DNA of 63,785 bases from Chara braunii (lineage: Eukaryota; Plantae; Charophyceae), in the NCBI GenBank assembly GCA_003427395.1, contig BFEA01000029.1, positions 1,098,923 through 1,162,707 on the forward strand. The letters are read 5' to 3'. Shown piece after piece: positions 24,494 through 37,668 of the stretch (the first letter of the stretch is position 1; the number at the start of each line of letters is the position of its first letter). Under the pieces are notes generated by a model. That model saw only the letters and a list, made by a program, of their open reading frames with translations. It did no database searches and had not been told where the DNA came from. Made by a program: the position numbers and the translations under genes.

Positions 24494-26194
24494 NTTTTTT
24501 TAAATCAGACTTTTGACGAAGCCGAGTGATGGCCCTGGCAGCTTGATTCCTACTAAGATGTGGTTTTCTCAGCCGAAGCTTGGTAATGCCCCCGGTACCT
24601 CAAATTGTTCTGTAAGATTCTCTTTTTTTATTTTTATTTTTATTTTTATTTTTTTCTGAAAATTTGGGATATTTGAGATATTACCCGGCTTTGGCTAAGA
24701 AAAAATTGAACTACTTTGCAAATTACTACGACGAACTTCAGGAAAATGAGCAAAGTTCAGAAAAAGACTCAGAAACCCCCCATCAATCCTCTTTACCTCA
24801 CTCCGGCAAGACTTACTGCAGCAAAGCCACCATCCTTGCACACTCCACTGCTTTGTCTGTAATATGTTCTGTACGATTCCATAAAACTCTCATATTGGAC
24901 ACTCGGCCTGGTTGCCCGCACATGCAAAAAAAAAAAAAAAAAAAAAAAAGGCAGGGACTCTACTGCAAGACTGGACCTTGTGTTTGGATAAGCTCGAAGC
25001 TCGAGCCACCAGTACCTCCGCCAATGTTGGGAAATTACGTTGTCCTGGCCAATACCCGAAGTTTTCGGGGGTCGGACACAGGGTCGGCAATGTCCCAAAA
25101 ATCGTAGTTTTCTTTTGTCCGTGCACGAAAGGAAAAGGAAAAAAAAAAAAGCCTTTGTACTACAATGATGTCGGGCAGGGTAGGGTAGTCTAGGAGCCCA
25201 TGCTCACAGTCTTGAATGCATCTTACAACAAAGACGGTCACATTCTGAAACTTGTTTTTTTTTTTTTTTTTTTTTTTTTGTTTGTTTGTTATGTGTCCCC
25301 TTCCAACGAGGCAGGGCAGAATCCGTGACCTGCTCTAACTGTGTTTCCTCAGATGATTGTAACCCTGATGTATCCAGCCGTTTTCAAGGCCAAGTCCGTG
25401 TTTCCGTTTTCTTTTTTCTTGTTTTATTTTTTTGGAATCTCACAATCTGAATCCGTAATCTTCTCGAGCTGTGTTCCCTCAGAGGATTGTAACCCTGATC
25501 ACACTGACACTTACGAGAATGTATCTTGCCATGCTCCTGTTTTTTTTTTTTTTTTGAGTTTCTGGAATCTGACAACCTGGCCAAGGGGCTGAGATGCCCT
25601 CACTAAGGGTACACTCACACTAACACTTCTGAGAATGTATACAACTGCAATCACGCCCAGAGCTTTGTTTCGTTTTCTTGTTATGTGAGTTTTCACGGCC
25701 GCAACTTTTTTTTTTTTTTTTTTTCATCCCGTGAGAGTACCATAAAGAAATGGATTGGGACCCAGACTCGGCAAAACTCGGAGCGCAATGAAAATCAGGG
25801 TCGGCAAAAACAGGCTCGGAGGTGCCAGTTCATGCAACCTCAGGAAGCTTCATCCACATAAGAAAAGGCTTACATGACATGCAAATGAAGTCTCATATGA
25901 AAAAGCTTGAAAAATAAATTCTAACAATAGATAGGAAATGAGCACAGAGAGAACAATGCTATGATGTCATGGCCAAAACCACGCGTGGTCACCTGGGCTC
26001 CTACATGAAAACAGATCGCGGTGCTGGAGGAAGGTACCCCAACTACCGTCTTCACGCGCATAGAATGCCTGTTGTCGATATGACGACAATCACTCCGAAG
26101 TTCTTACAAGAGCTGTTGGAATCACGATGCAGCAAACCGTTAGTTCAACATGCGTACATTGAGGACAAGAACACGGATAGTCAACAGGACGCAA

Positions 26195-26248
<54 letters not shown>

Positions 26249-26278
26249 NNNNNNNNNNNNNNNNNNNNNNNNNNNNNN

Positions 26279-26327
<49 letters not shown>

Positions 26328-26419
26328 GCAAGATGAAAAACAGGTAAATCCCGAACGCGACATTAACGAAAGATAAAACATGAACCGCAAAATCCGGACA
26401 TAACATCCGGTTGGCGTGT

Positions 26420-26468
26420 GACCCGACCAGTTTCGGCTGGTCGCCAATACCAGCGCTCATCAGGGGCC
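26420..26468 (-). ncRNA. Minimal type I hammerhead ribozyme (Penelope-like element type)
   Basis: Minus strand GGCCC-CUGAUGA-G(C)GCUGGU attggcg ACCAGC-C-GAAAC-ug-GUC^GGGUC. Full catalytic core, 5-bp stem I, 7-bp stem II, and a very short stem III ACTGGT. Confidence 0.8.
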
Positions 26469-26817
26469 TTAGTCAGAATGCCTGGTCATGGCCCATACCG
26501 GGACCGGCGGGACCGCCCTCTTCACCCATATAATATAGAAAGCCTGGTCAATGGTCATCATTACTGTCTCCAGACTGAAAGTTGCTCCAAATACTGCTTT
26601 AATCACTGGCCATTCTTTTTTTCTCTTCTTTTTCCCTTAAAGTTTGAAGTTTGAACTTGCTCGAGTGACCAGTCTAATCATGGAGACAACACTTGCTGGG
26701 AACCACTGAACCAGGCCCAGCATACCTTTCGGAAACGTGACGGATACATTGAGATACCACTGTCCACGGGCATTACCCGGCTTCCACTGACTCGGCGCTG
26801 AGATCTACTGGAGTTGG

Positions 26818-28175
26818 TGTGACGCCCCACCTCACGCCCAAGGCGACTTCCTTCGATTGGAGTGCTAGTGGGCCTGGAAGTGCAAAAAGGGGTGTGCCAA
26901 GAATTTTAGGAAAGTGGGGGTGGAGTTCCAGGTTGGAACTGGAATCTCCTGTGTCAAGTTCCGGGTGTAGAAGTGCGGATCAGGCCGACACACATCTTCG
27001 AGGCTGGGGAGGATGAGCTGCGCTCCCGCCGTTCCGTTTCAGGACGGGTTCGTCGAGTGATCCCCACCGGACGGTACTCGTTGCGCTGCTGGCACTCTGA
27101 GCACGGAGGGCAGGGCCAGAACCGGGCTATGGACTCCCAGGGGACGACAAGTAGTTGGTGGTACGGGAGGATGACGTAATAGGGAGGGAAGCTAATGGTG
27201 ATGGCCACGAAGCCTGGGGTTAGAAGGTAATGCTGGCTTCGGTTGTCGGGATAATCCGGGATCCGCGGGTCTTGATTTATGGCCAACTGAAAATCACCTC
27301 TGCACAGTTGCTCGTTTCCAGTTCGGCAGGGGTACTAGGGTTTTCGTGCGTTTTGTTGCCGTCTGGCTTGTTGGCGTCTGACTTGTTCCCTTTCCCAATA
27401 CGCTAGGTATTCCGGATCTCTCAGACTCTTACGATCGGTAATCCAAAAGGGAGTTTCGATCGCCATATCCTATTTAGCAGAGTTTCGTGCAGGCATCTTC
27501 GACGAGTGGGATCAGGTTGACTCTTGCACTCGCGCACATAGGCTGCAGGTCATCTCTGTGGGCAGCTGCCTTACACGTGCGTGCGCATGAGCCAGTCAAT
27601 CAGATCCAAGGCTGCGTGCGAGTTCGTCGCCGATGAGCGATTTGCCTGCGTGTCGATTTATCCAATATGCATGCAACTAGTCCTTCCGTACGACTGCTAT
27701 CCAAATCTAAGGCAGACTAATCTTTGCATCCATACTCACCTATGTGACACCCGCGGCCTAGGCCGCGGGCATTTCGGCCGCTGCGCCCGAGATTCTCAGC
27801 CGCGGCCGCGGCCTGGTTTTTCAATATTCCCCCCCCCCCCCAAAAATATGTTAAAATACATGTATATCCATAAAAAAAAAAAAAAGAGGGTGTAGGGCTT
27901 CGAAAACCCTACACTCCTATTTTTTTTTTTTTGGAATCTGACTTTGTCTGGGATTTTTAAAAAATCAAAAACTAAAATCGATTTAAACAAGATTAAAAAT
28001 ATATATATATAAAGAAAAGTAGGAAAATTTTTTTGTCACTTTTTTTCATGAGATATATGGTCCCTGAGTTCACCTGTATTTTTTTTAGAAATGAATTTGT
28101 GATTTTTGCAGGGAAATGAGGTGTTTAAAAAAAATGCAGATGCAAAATTTTAAAAGAAATTAAAAAAAAAAAAGG

Positions 28176-28249
<74 letters not shown>

Positions 28250-29129
28250 GTGATTTAATTGATTGAATGATTGATTGATTGATTGATTGAGAGTGTATGT
28301 GTGTGTGTGTATGTGTGTGTGTGTGNNNNNNNNNNNNNNNNNNNNNNNNNNNNNNNNNNNNNNNNNNNNNNNNNNNNNNNNNNNNNNNNNNNNNNNNNNN
28401 NNNNNNNNNNNNNNNNNNNNNNNNNNNNNNNNNNNNNNNNNNNNNNNNNNNNNNNNNNNNNNNNNNNNNNNNNNNNNNNNNNNNNNNNNNNNNNNNNNNN
28501 NNNNNNNNNNNNNNNNNNNNNNNNNNNNNNNNNNNNNNNNNNNNNNNNNNNNNNNNNNNNNNNNNNNNNNNNNNNNNNNNNNNNNNNNNNNNNNNNNNNN
28601 NNNNNNNNNNNNNNNNNNNNNNNNNNNNNNNNNNNNNNNNNNNNNNNNNNNNNNNNNNNNNNNNNNNNNNNNNNNNNNNNNNNNNNNNNNNNNNNNNNNN
28701 NNNNNNNNNNNNNNNNNNNNNNNNNNNNNNNNNNNNNNNNNNNNNNNNNNNNNNNNNNNNNNNNNNNNNNNNNNNNNNNNNNNNNNNNNNNNNNNNNNNN
28801 NNNNNNNNNNNNNNNNNNNNNNNNNNNNNNNNNNNNNNNNNNNNNNNNNNNNNNNNNNNNNNNNNNNNNNNNNNNNNNNNNNNNNNNNNNNNNNNNNNNN
28901 NNNNNNNNNNNNNNNNNNNNNNNNNNNNNNNNNNNNNNNNNNNNNNNNNNNNNNNNNNNNNNNNNNNNNNNNNNNNNNNNNNNNNNNNNNNNNNNNNNNN
29001 NNNNNNNNNNNNNNNNNNNNNNNNNNNNNNNNNNNNNNNNNNNNNNNNNNNNNNNNNNNNNNNNNNNNNNNNNNNNNNNNNNNNNNNNNNNNNNNNNNNN
29101 NNNNNNNNNNNNNNNNNNNNNNNNNNNNN

Positions 29130-29188
<59 letters not shown>

Positions 29189-29305
29189 GTGTGTGGCGGA
29201 GGGGGGAGGGGATGGGCGACCCTCCCCTAACCAACCAACCAATCAATCAATCAATCAATCAATCGAAAAAAATAAATCAATCGATCAATCGATTAATCAA
29301 TCAAT

Positions 29306-29368
<63 letters not shown>

Positions 29369-29420
29369 TGAATCAATCAATCAATCAATCAATCATCAAT
29401 CAATCAATCAATCAATCAAC

Positions 29421-29467
<47 letters not shown>

Positions 29468-31130
29468 CGAATATTTTTTTTTTCTATTTTCTTAATTAAT
29501 TTTCTCACTCATCAAAAATCAACCCCCCCCCCCAAAAAAAAAGAATTATATTTTTGAATGCGCAGTCCTCTAGAGGATATGCGCACGCCGAGGCGGCGCG
29601 CCGATTTCTCGCGCGTGCTCCCACTGGGCCGTGGCACGACCGCGCGGGAACTTGGCCGCGCGGCTCGGACTTGGCTGTAGGATCCGCGACGCTGGATGCC
29701 ACGTAGATGCTCACACCATCATATACAAGAGAGGGCAGAGTTAGTTTAGCATCCAGAACCAATCGCACCGCGTGATCATTACAATCATGCGCGACTCAAG
29801 AAAATCAAGTAATTGGATACGATGTGCGCGAAATCATACGCGCAACACAGACGGGTACTCGAAATGTCGAAATTGAAATTGAGCATAACAAAATTGGAAA
29901 TTAAAGACAACTTAAAAAAAGGATTCACTCTCATGCATACGTACACACAAAGCAGATAGTCTGAGATGACTCATCTAGGAAGTCTGAAGGTGCCGGAGCA
30001 AAAAGATTAACCAACGTTGGAATCAAAACTTTACATAGAAGATAAGGAAAAAAAAGGCACTGTTCCACCATATCCCCGTCTCGCTCTCTCTCTCTTTCTT
30101 CCTTCTCTCAATGCGGGCAGTCCATCGCCCCACGTCTCCAAGCCACACAAAGTCGTCACCCCGCTTGGCCTGAGTGTGCAAGTCAGGTTCGCCCGCGTGC
30201 CACAGTCCGTCGCGACCACGCGTCAACCTCGCGCACTCAGCTCCAGCTCGTCGGATCGCCCAACTCTCATGCTTTCTCACCTTCCAATGCTCGTTAGCCG
30301 ACCTTCACTGATCGAGCGAACCTTGAAGTTCTTAGAGAGACAAATAATCGCGCTTGCGAAGTTTATAGCATGCATGCTTGCGCGAGGGATACGCGGGATT
30401 AGCACCAAGTGATGAGAAAGAGAAAAGAGGGAGTGCCTACGTCTGCATGTCTAGGCGGCACGCGGGGGACGAAGCCACTCTCCGTGCATCGATCTGCGCA
30501 CGCAACCACGGGAACCACTTAGAACATAGGAAAAGCGTGCATGCGAAGACGAGGCGGGATGAAGGAAATACGAAAGTCATCAAGAACAAGAAGATCACAG
30601 TTGCGATTGCGCCCGCCAAAAACTACAGTTACACACAGGATTAAGGCCCGGACCGAATCAAAGCCCAGATCCTGTCGGGGCACAGTGCTTGCGAGCAAGA
30701 AGCGCAGTGCCGCCAAACTGCAAGGCGCCTAAATTCCTAGTCTAAATCCTAAATGCAAGAGAGAAAAAAATTCTGAAAAAAATAATTCCAAGAGCCTGCG
30801 GGGGGGCCTCGACATTAGTTCGAATTTCAAAAACGAAAATTCCCACGCGCTGATCGCGCCAAAATTCCTACTTCGCATAGCATAACAAGAAAGAAGTTAT
30901 GGCAACTGTCATTTCTCGCGCTCGCTAGGGCGCGGTCACTTAATCGTCGGCGCGGGACTTTCCCGGCGCCGGCCCGACGAATTCCAACGAAAAGGAAAAA
31001 AGAAGCGGGGGCATCCACGCAACTTGCCCCACCGATCCCGCTTGCGCCCCGTCACCCATCAAGGCCCTCCAGTTTCCCCACAGTGGCCTCACGCAGAAAG
31101 TCGCGTGGTTGCAGAAGATAGTTCGTCACA
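26818..31130 (-). mobile_element. Solo LTR A (Ty3 family) with nested insertion
   Basis: Perfect terminal inverted repeat TGTGACG...CGTCACA. 4-bp flanks ttgg/tcgg (TSD with one CpG-type transition). Extensive similarity to the LTR at 45664-48232, e.g. 30146-30270 vs 47223-47340. Confidence 0.8.
28177..29468. repeat. (TTGA)n and (AATC)n/(AAGC)n tetranucleotide arrays in inverted orientation around a gap
   Basis: Directly visible; nested within LTR A. Confidence 0.85.
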
Positions 31131-31466
31131 TCGGAGCAATTGAGGACAAATCAGGGATGCTGAGTCGTTGTGGACTACATTGTCAAGTAGTGTGCAATTC
31201 TCTCCAAAAAAAGGAATGTTGAGTTCGGTTTGTATAACTTCTTTCCGTACGACAATTTGCCTAGGGGGGGCAAGTCCATGGAAGGAGGACCCACTGGTGC
31301 CCACCAAACGACTCCTACCGGCATCCGAGGCAGGCCGTGGGCTAGGGAGGGGAGATATTATCTGGCTGCTCAGTTAGCCCCCCGGTCCTCAAGGGTAATC
31401 AATGCTGGCAGCCTTCAGTTTCCTGAACATCTTCTGAAATGGTTGTCATCATAATTCCGTAAGGAA

Positions 31467-32419
31467 CAGGGGATTCGTGAAAACCTCACAATCGAAGAAA
31501 ACCTAACATTTCTTATAGAATGAAAAAGTAAAAGTCAAACTGTTATTTTTTACACAAAAAGAGAGCGTTTTTAATCGTTTTGCGATAAAGGAGGCAAAAA
31601 ATCAGGTGAAAAGTCTAGCGTTCCTCAAAATGTGCAAGAAAACCCTTCCTTGCAAAATGTTTCTATATGACTATAAGTCATTCTCAGTAGATTGGCAAAA
31701 AAACAGAGTTCAAACAGGATAGTTTTTAAGGATGACAAGGCAAACTTGAAAGATGTAAAAAAAAACGTGTTTTGGTGAATACTCATATATAGGACTATAA
31801 GTCAGTTTCCGTAGTTAGGTAAAAGCGAAGCTCTACACAAAATAATTTATAGGACTATAAATCACTTTTGAACTTAAGAATAAAACTCTTATCAAAAAAT
31901 ATATGTCATTTAAAATAAGAATACAAACAACTTTTGCCTCGGAGACACCTTGAAATTCTTAGCCAAACACGAGTTTAAAATAAAAATATAGGGAAAAAAT
32001 TAAAACAAACAATAAAAAATAATATAGTCGCCCATGTATGGGAAACCATGTTCAAGCGAACGTATTCACGAATATGAGAATATGTTTGCGCGTTCGGAAA
32101 ACCCCCGAATAAATTCATCGTGCTACACATCTTATAGGACTATAAACACAATTTTTTTGGATAACAAAAAATCAGGATATTTCACTTCTTGAAACTATGG
32201 TGCTTCACCAGGTCGTGATTTTCTATGAAAAAAACCGCTGTTTTCCTCGCCCCCTCCTGCAGTTATGAAAAATTAATTTTCTGTTCTTTTTTATGCGGAT
32301 GTTTCACTTCACGTAGATTTTTGTTTCTGGAGGAGACCTGAAAAATGTACTATCATAATCTTGAATAGATTTCGTGCAAACCTAACAATTCGTTTTGTTA
32401 GGTTTTCACGAATCCTATG
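31467..32419. mobile_element. Non-autonomous hAT-like DNA transposon
   Basis: TIR caggggattcgtgaaaacctcacaa / ttgttaggttttcacgaatcctatg. Degenerate 8-bp TSD gtaaggaa/ttaaggga. AT-rich interior with repeated ataggactataa. Confidence 0.7.
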
Positions 32420-32674
32420 TTAAGGGACAGTGGGCCTGGTTCCCAGCACGTGAAGCTCCCCACGAATAGATCGGAGCATGTTGTTGAAAAAAGGAAAAAG
32501 AAGAGTCGTCGTTGACTACTGCAAACAGGTAATCAGAAAACCCCCCACTTTGGCTATGCCGCCATCCTATCCAAATTTCACCCTTCGGCAAGACTTATCA
32601 ATAATCTCTTTAGCTGCCTGCCCTCCGACTATCCTAAAGGGACTAAGCCTCACTAAGGGAATCTCATAACGCAT

Positions 32675-32900
32675 CTTTTTTTTTTTTTTTTTTAAGGAAA
32701 AAAACCGCCAGTGTTAGTGGTGCTGATAAGAGCAGACACCACTAGCACCTGGGGAGGGGCTCCATCTATTGGTGGGGAGAGTCACCTGCTGGAAAGCGGG
32801 TCCAGCGCCCTTTATACACTGATATACAAACTAAAATTGGAGTACGTCAGGACACAATTGTGGGTGGTTCCTGACATCATTGATTCCTTCTCCTAAGGCA
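32675..32900 (-). mobile_element. LINE 3' UTR fragment with poly(A)
   Basis: T run at 32675-32693. Minus strand shares tgtgtcctga..ccaatt..gctggacccg.tttccagcaggtga..ctccccaccaatagatggagcc with 586-638 and 61865-61956. Confidence 0.65.
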
Positions 32901-33397
32901 TATTGAGCTATACTGAATCCATGTTAGCTTTTGCCTGACTGCCTAAGAAACTTGAAGACTAGGTCAAGAGTTTTTGACCTGTCGACCTCGCCCACCGACC
33001 GGGATTGACCCCACGGCCGCGGCCGCAGGTGATACGTAGGTAGGGAGGGACCAAGATTCAATAGGATGAAGTTTAGGAGGAAAACAATGCGGGAACTTAA
33101 AGAAGGAAGAAGAAGACGGTTACACTTTGTCGAGGAAGGTGCCAACAAGGAGGTAGAAGAACACAACTGATCGCTTGAAATATTTGCATCCATAGATTCC
33201 ATACGTGTGCGCGCAAGGCTGCATTTGCGAAAACGAGAAGGTACAAAAATAGTTAAGCGTGCCAGTGAATGTTGCGCCTAATTCCTACGATAAATTTTGA
33301 AATTGGAAAAGTCCGAGGAAGAAAAAGTTTCGAGCGTGTTCGCTAAGGCGCACAAAACAGAACGTCCTATGACTCCTATCATCTCTTTCTCAACTAA

Positions 33398-33853
33398 GGG
33401 CGTCGTTAAACACTCCTCAGGGACGAGATTCCAAGGATTTCGTCTTCGTTCCACCTGTCCTCGGAGATGAAATTCTAAATGAAAATGTGGAAACACTCCG
33501 AGGACAAATCCTTGGGCTCCGAGGATTTCCCAGCCAAATCGTCCTCGGCTCCAAAGGACCTCGTGAGGTCCTTTGGGGCCCGAGGATCCGTGTTTCACGG
33601 AGAGGAGAGGGCATGCACGTAGAGAGACGTTACAACCGAGAATTTGAATCGTGGCGGCACCCTATTGGCTGAAAGCCTGAAGCACAACTNTTTTTCTTTT
33701 TTTTTCCTTTTATTTTTTTGACATTGCTCCGAGGATGAGTCATAAAACTGATGCTCCGAGGATGAGTGTAACGAAGACGACAAAAACCCTAAACTTTTCC
33801 GAGGATTCATCCTCGGAGCCCGAGGATGCCCCGAGGAGTGTCTAACGACGCCC
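33398..33853. mobile_element. PIF/Harbinger (Tourist-like) MITE, 456 bp
   Basis: TIR gggcgtcgttaaacactcctc / gaggagtgtctaacgacgccc, TAA TSD on both sides, internal ccgagga repeats. Confidence 0.9.
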
Positions 33854-34822
33854 TAAGTCCAAAACAAAAGCAAAAATTACAAGGATAATTGTAAAATTGC
33901 ACAGGGAACCAGAAATTAAAAAAAACAAGTAATATTCAGGGAGTGTTGGTAGCCTGCAGATAGCCCAGGAAAGATGAAGCCTGCAAAACCCGATCCCGAA
34001 AAAAAGAATAAGAAGATAAACTAGTGTACAATGTACATTGTACAATCCCCTTTCAAAATGACGAAAAATGAGGAGCACAAAAATCCATAGGCAGCCTCGT
34101 AAGTTGGCGTGCCACACACCTCCTCACTGAGTCCTCAAGTATGTCTTCACAGAGAAGGAGTTATCCCGTACCCTCCAGCCCACCCCCCTTCCGGTGGAAC
34201 AACCCACGCGACATATAGCCTAATACAGCACCCCTGACAACTATCTGTGACCCCGAGAGTTGATAAGGGATGGACCCAACTGGAAAAACCTTGGAAAAGT
34301 GCGTTATTTTGGAAATCGTGGAAAGGGCACTTGGAAGATTCCGCGGATGAAAGGACGGGACCCCACCAAAGAGGCTGGAAAAGGCCTGAAAAAGCGATTT
34401 CTTCCAGACTTTTCCAAGCTCGTGGCGTCATTGTGGACCAGCGAAGTCCATTGGGGTGGTATAGGCGCCCACGATGTCAGACTCGGGAGGTGTGGGTGGC
34501 GGCGTGTGGCCGCTGGAACGTAAGGTGCCACCTACCGGACGCTCCATGGACCCGGGTCGTGCAAGGAAGTTTTCCAGACTTTTCCAGCCCGCCCCCCCTA
34601 CCCAGTCCATTTGCCACAAAATAGTGCCGCCAACTACGGAAAATGACACATTTCGGACCGAAACCACATGTGGAAACGTCAAAGTGCCATCTTCCAGGAA
34701 CACTTTTCCAGACTGTGGGGTCCCCGGAAGCGGAAAACGCGACAAAGAAAACACTTTCAGGAACCCGATTTTTTCCAGTGGGGTCCGCGAAAAGCAGTTG
34801 CATCGCCCATTTTCCAAGATTA

Positions 34823-37668
34823 TGTGACGTGCAACCTCACGCCCTGTGCTGTTTTCCGTGTGGAAAAGGCCCTGAAAAACAGCAAGGTGAGGTGTGCCAA
34901 GGATTTTTGGGAAATTGAGTGTGGGGACACAGACAGAACTGAGATCCCCCGTGTTGGTCTGATGAAGTAAGTGAACCGGTCGGTTGCAACGTGGGTTACG
35001 AAGAAGCACGTGCGGGATTCGCGATGCGGGGAAGTTCGAATTCAATCCAGAAAATACTCACGAACCTCCCACCGAGCCACGACTCTTCGTTTCGAGTGAA
35101 AGGGAGCGGGCATGTACTTAGTATCCCGTTTTCGGACTAACTCCCGACGCCGCACGTTGCACAATTCCGGATCTGATGTAGACGACTTTAATCGCGTGGC
35201 CCTTTCCTTATGCTCGTCCTCATTCCGTACTCGGTAGTGGAAGCCCTTTGATTGGTAGTGATCGAAGCGTTAGCAATCACTACACAGAGTTTTAGGCCAA
35301 TGGGGCGCCACTGCCGACCACGGGATGACGATCAACTCGTTAAACGGTAGTAGCAACGAATATGGCGGAAAATGCGTATCGATAATGACAAACCTAGCAC
35401 CGACGAACCCAGAACACCGATTTTCAGGAGGGAAGTAATATCGTCCGCCGATCTTTGCGACGGCTTCTCGTACGTCCCACTTACAAACACACGTTCTTTC
35501 CTCGTTATACGGGAAGGGGCGAGGTGGGGATACGGGAGGCCGGCGCCTAGTCGGGTTGAGCCCGTCAGTCCACATGGCAATCAATCAGGCGCCAAAGATA
35601 TCCTCAATCATTCATCGTAGGCCCAGAATCGATACTAGTCGAAAAACACACAACCTATTGATCCAATCAGAAAGGCAGAATCAAAAACTCATAAAAACGA
35701 AGAAGGAAATGAAAGTTCAGAGAGAGAGAGACAAAAACTCATGTATGGTGAGACGCAGTCACTGTTCACGTGTACCGATCACACGTGGCTTTGGAGTCCC
35801 TCATTATTCTACGAGGGTATGATGTATATGTTGTGCAGCTTAAGGCATGGCATGGGCAGTGTGTCCCGAACGACAGCTCTCGGGGTACTCTTACGTAATC
35901 ACAACATCAACAGATCTAAACGTTCTTGCATTCTCGAACAAAATCCCAACAACATTGCCCCTGTCATCGATCCGTCCGGACAGTATCCTAATCAAGACGA
36001 GTTTTGTGCTCGACCATTTCCATCCCATACATACATTCATTGTGGAAGGTGCGAAAACAGTAGACATGCAATACCCCGACCCTGTTGTATCAAAGGCAAG
36101 TAATCACGATTCTAAGCTGATGGTCACTACACGCGCATCCACCGTTCACAAGACAAGACGATCAATTCTCAGTAGGTCCGGGGATTACCCAGGAAACTAA
36201 TGGAAGAGTTATGGAAGAAGTTCTTCCGAGCACACATTCACAAATGCTCATTCCATAAACAAAAGATTGACTTATCATTTATAGTTATTCATATCAGCGG
36301 GAGAAGAGAAGGAGGGAGGAAGAGACAGGCGGGAATATCAAGCCAGGAGGGAAGAGTTACATTGAGATCGGGAAATGCAAAGAAGACTTCACCGTCGTGA
36401 GCTCACACCAAAGAATGGATTCGCAACAAGGTGGGGGCGTACTCGCCACGAAGTTCCAACATGGCCCCGGACCAGTCATCCATTCAACTCGGATCGCTCA
36501 TCCTCATTCATGCACCGACGATCCCGACCGTCGCGTATCACCATCCACCACTGCGATCGTCACCCCCCCAACTTTGCCTCGACGTGGCTTGCCCGGATCC
36601 CACAGTCCGTCGTGGCGATCTAGCGCACAACCAACCAATCTACAATCAGCCCGTCAGGACTTTCCGACTCGTACTATACACATCATCTAGCCACTGCTTC
36701 CCGGAAGCTGGCTGACGATTTGAGAGAGAGAGAAACATTTGCGGATGGGCCAACGAAATTTATAGTTGCGAGAAGGGAGAGAGATGCGGGGAAAGATGTA
36801 GAGTAGGGTAGAGGAGGGTAAGGGAAGGCTTGAGAGTAATCGCCCATTGAAAGCCATATTGATCCCTCACAACTCGATCTTAGCCAATCAGAATCGTCGC
36901 GCAGTAGGAATCTCCTCCTACACGGCGCTTCTCCTTGGCTAGATGAGAACTTGAAGAGAAGATCGAGCGGGTTTTTCGAGTGCGGGTCTTAGAGCGGGAA
37001 GAAAAGGATGCGAAGGATAGCGTGAAACGGGTCCAAGATTCAGATGATCAAGAAAGAAAAAAAAGGGCGCGCGTGGGGAAGGAGAGAGAAAACAATTATA
37101 GGGGGAGGGAGCGAGAATGCATGTGCGCGCGAGGCAAGGCGCGGAGAGGGGCGCAAGAAGGAAGGAGGAGGGAGCTCGTTTGCATGGCGCCGAACAGCAA
37201 AAGAAGAATGGGCACCGAAATAGTTGCAATTTTTCCCAATCCTACGCTAATTCAAAAATTGAAATCATCATATCGGCACGAAAAGTAGACGTGGGAAAAG
37301 AAAGAAAGTCCTACGTCTATTCATATTCCTACAAAATTCCCAGAGTTTTCCATGTCGAGGCCGAGAACATTCGCGCGCGAAAGGTCGCATTGCGTTCCGT
37401 TGATTCCGGAATTCCTAACTGTCGAGCCAAATTCCGAGCGCGCTCACTAAGGCGCGCAAAATTCCCATGCATTTTTAAATTAAAAGAAATGACCGAATTT
37501 CAAGAACTTCTATACAGATTTCAACGAAGTACCTTTAATCGAACAAAAACAGAGGGACGGGGGGGGGGGGGTTCTCGGAGGCCGATCAAGACACATTTAG
37601 ATGCAGAGAAAATACAGGGAGGGAAGGGGTCCGAAAGATGGCTCAGGTCCGGAAGCTGGTTCGTCACA
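34823..37668 (-). mobile_element. LTR B (related, diverged Ty3 LTR, probably solo)
   Basis: TGTGACG...CGTCACA termini. acctcacgccc and gtgtgccaaggatttt motifs shared with LTRs A and C. No clean TSD and no adjacent PPT. Confidence 0.7.

Noticed and set aside
24790-26110. Possible small minus-strand host exons (about 24817-24857, 25206-25242, 26035-26070)
   Set aside because: AG/GT pairs are present but the peptides are short and unrecognisable; this cannot be supported without RNA-seq.
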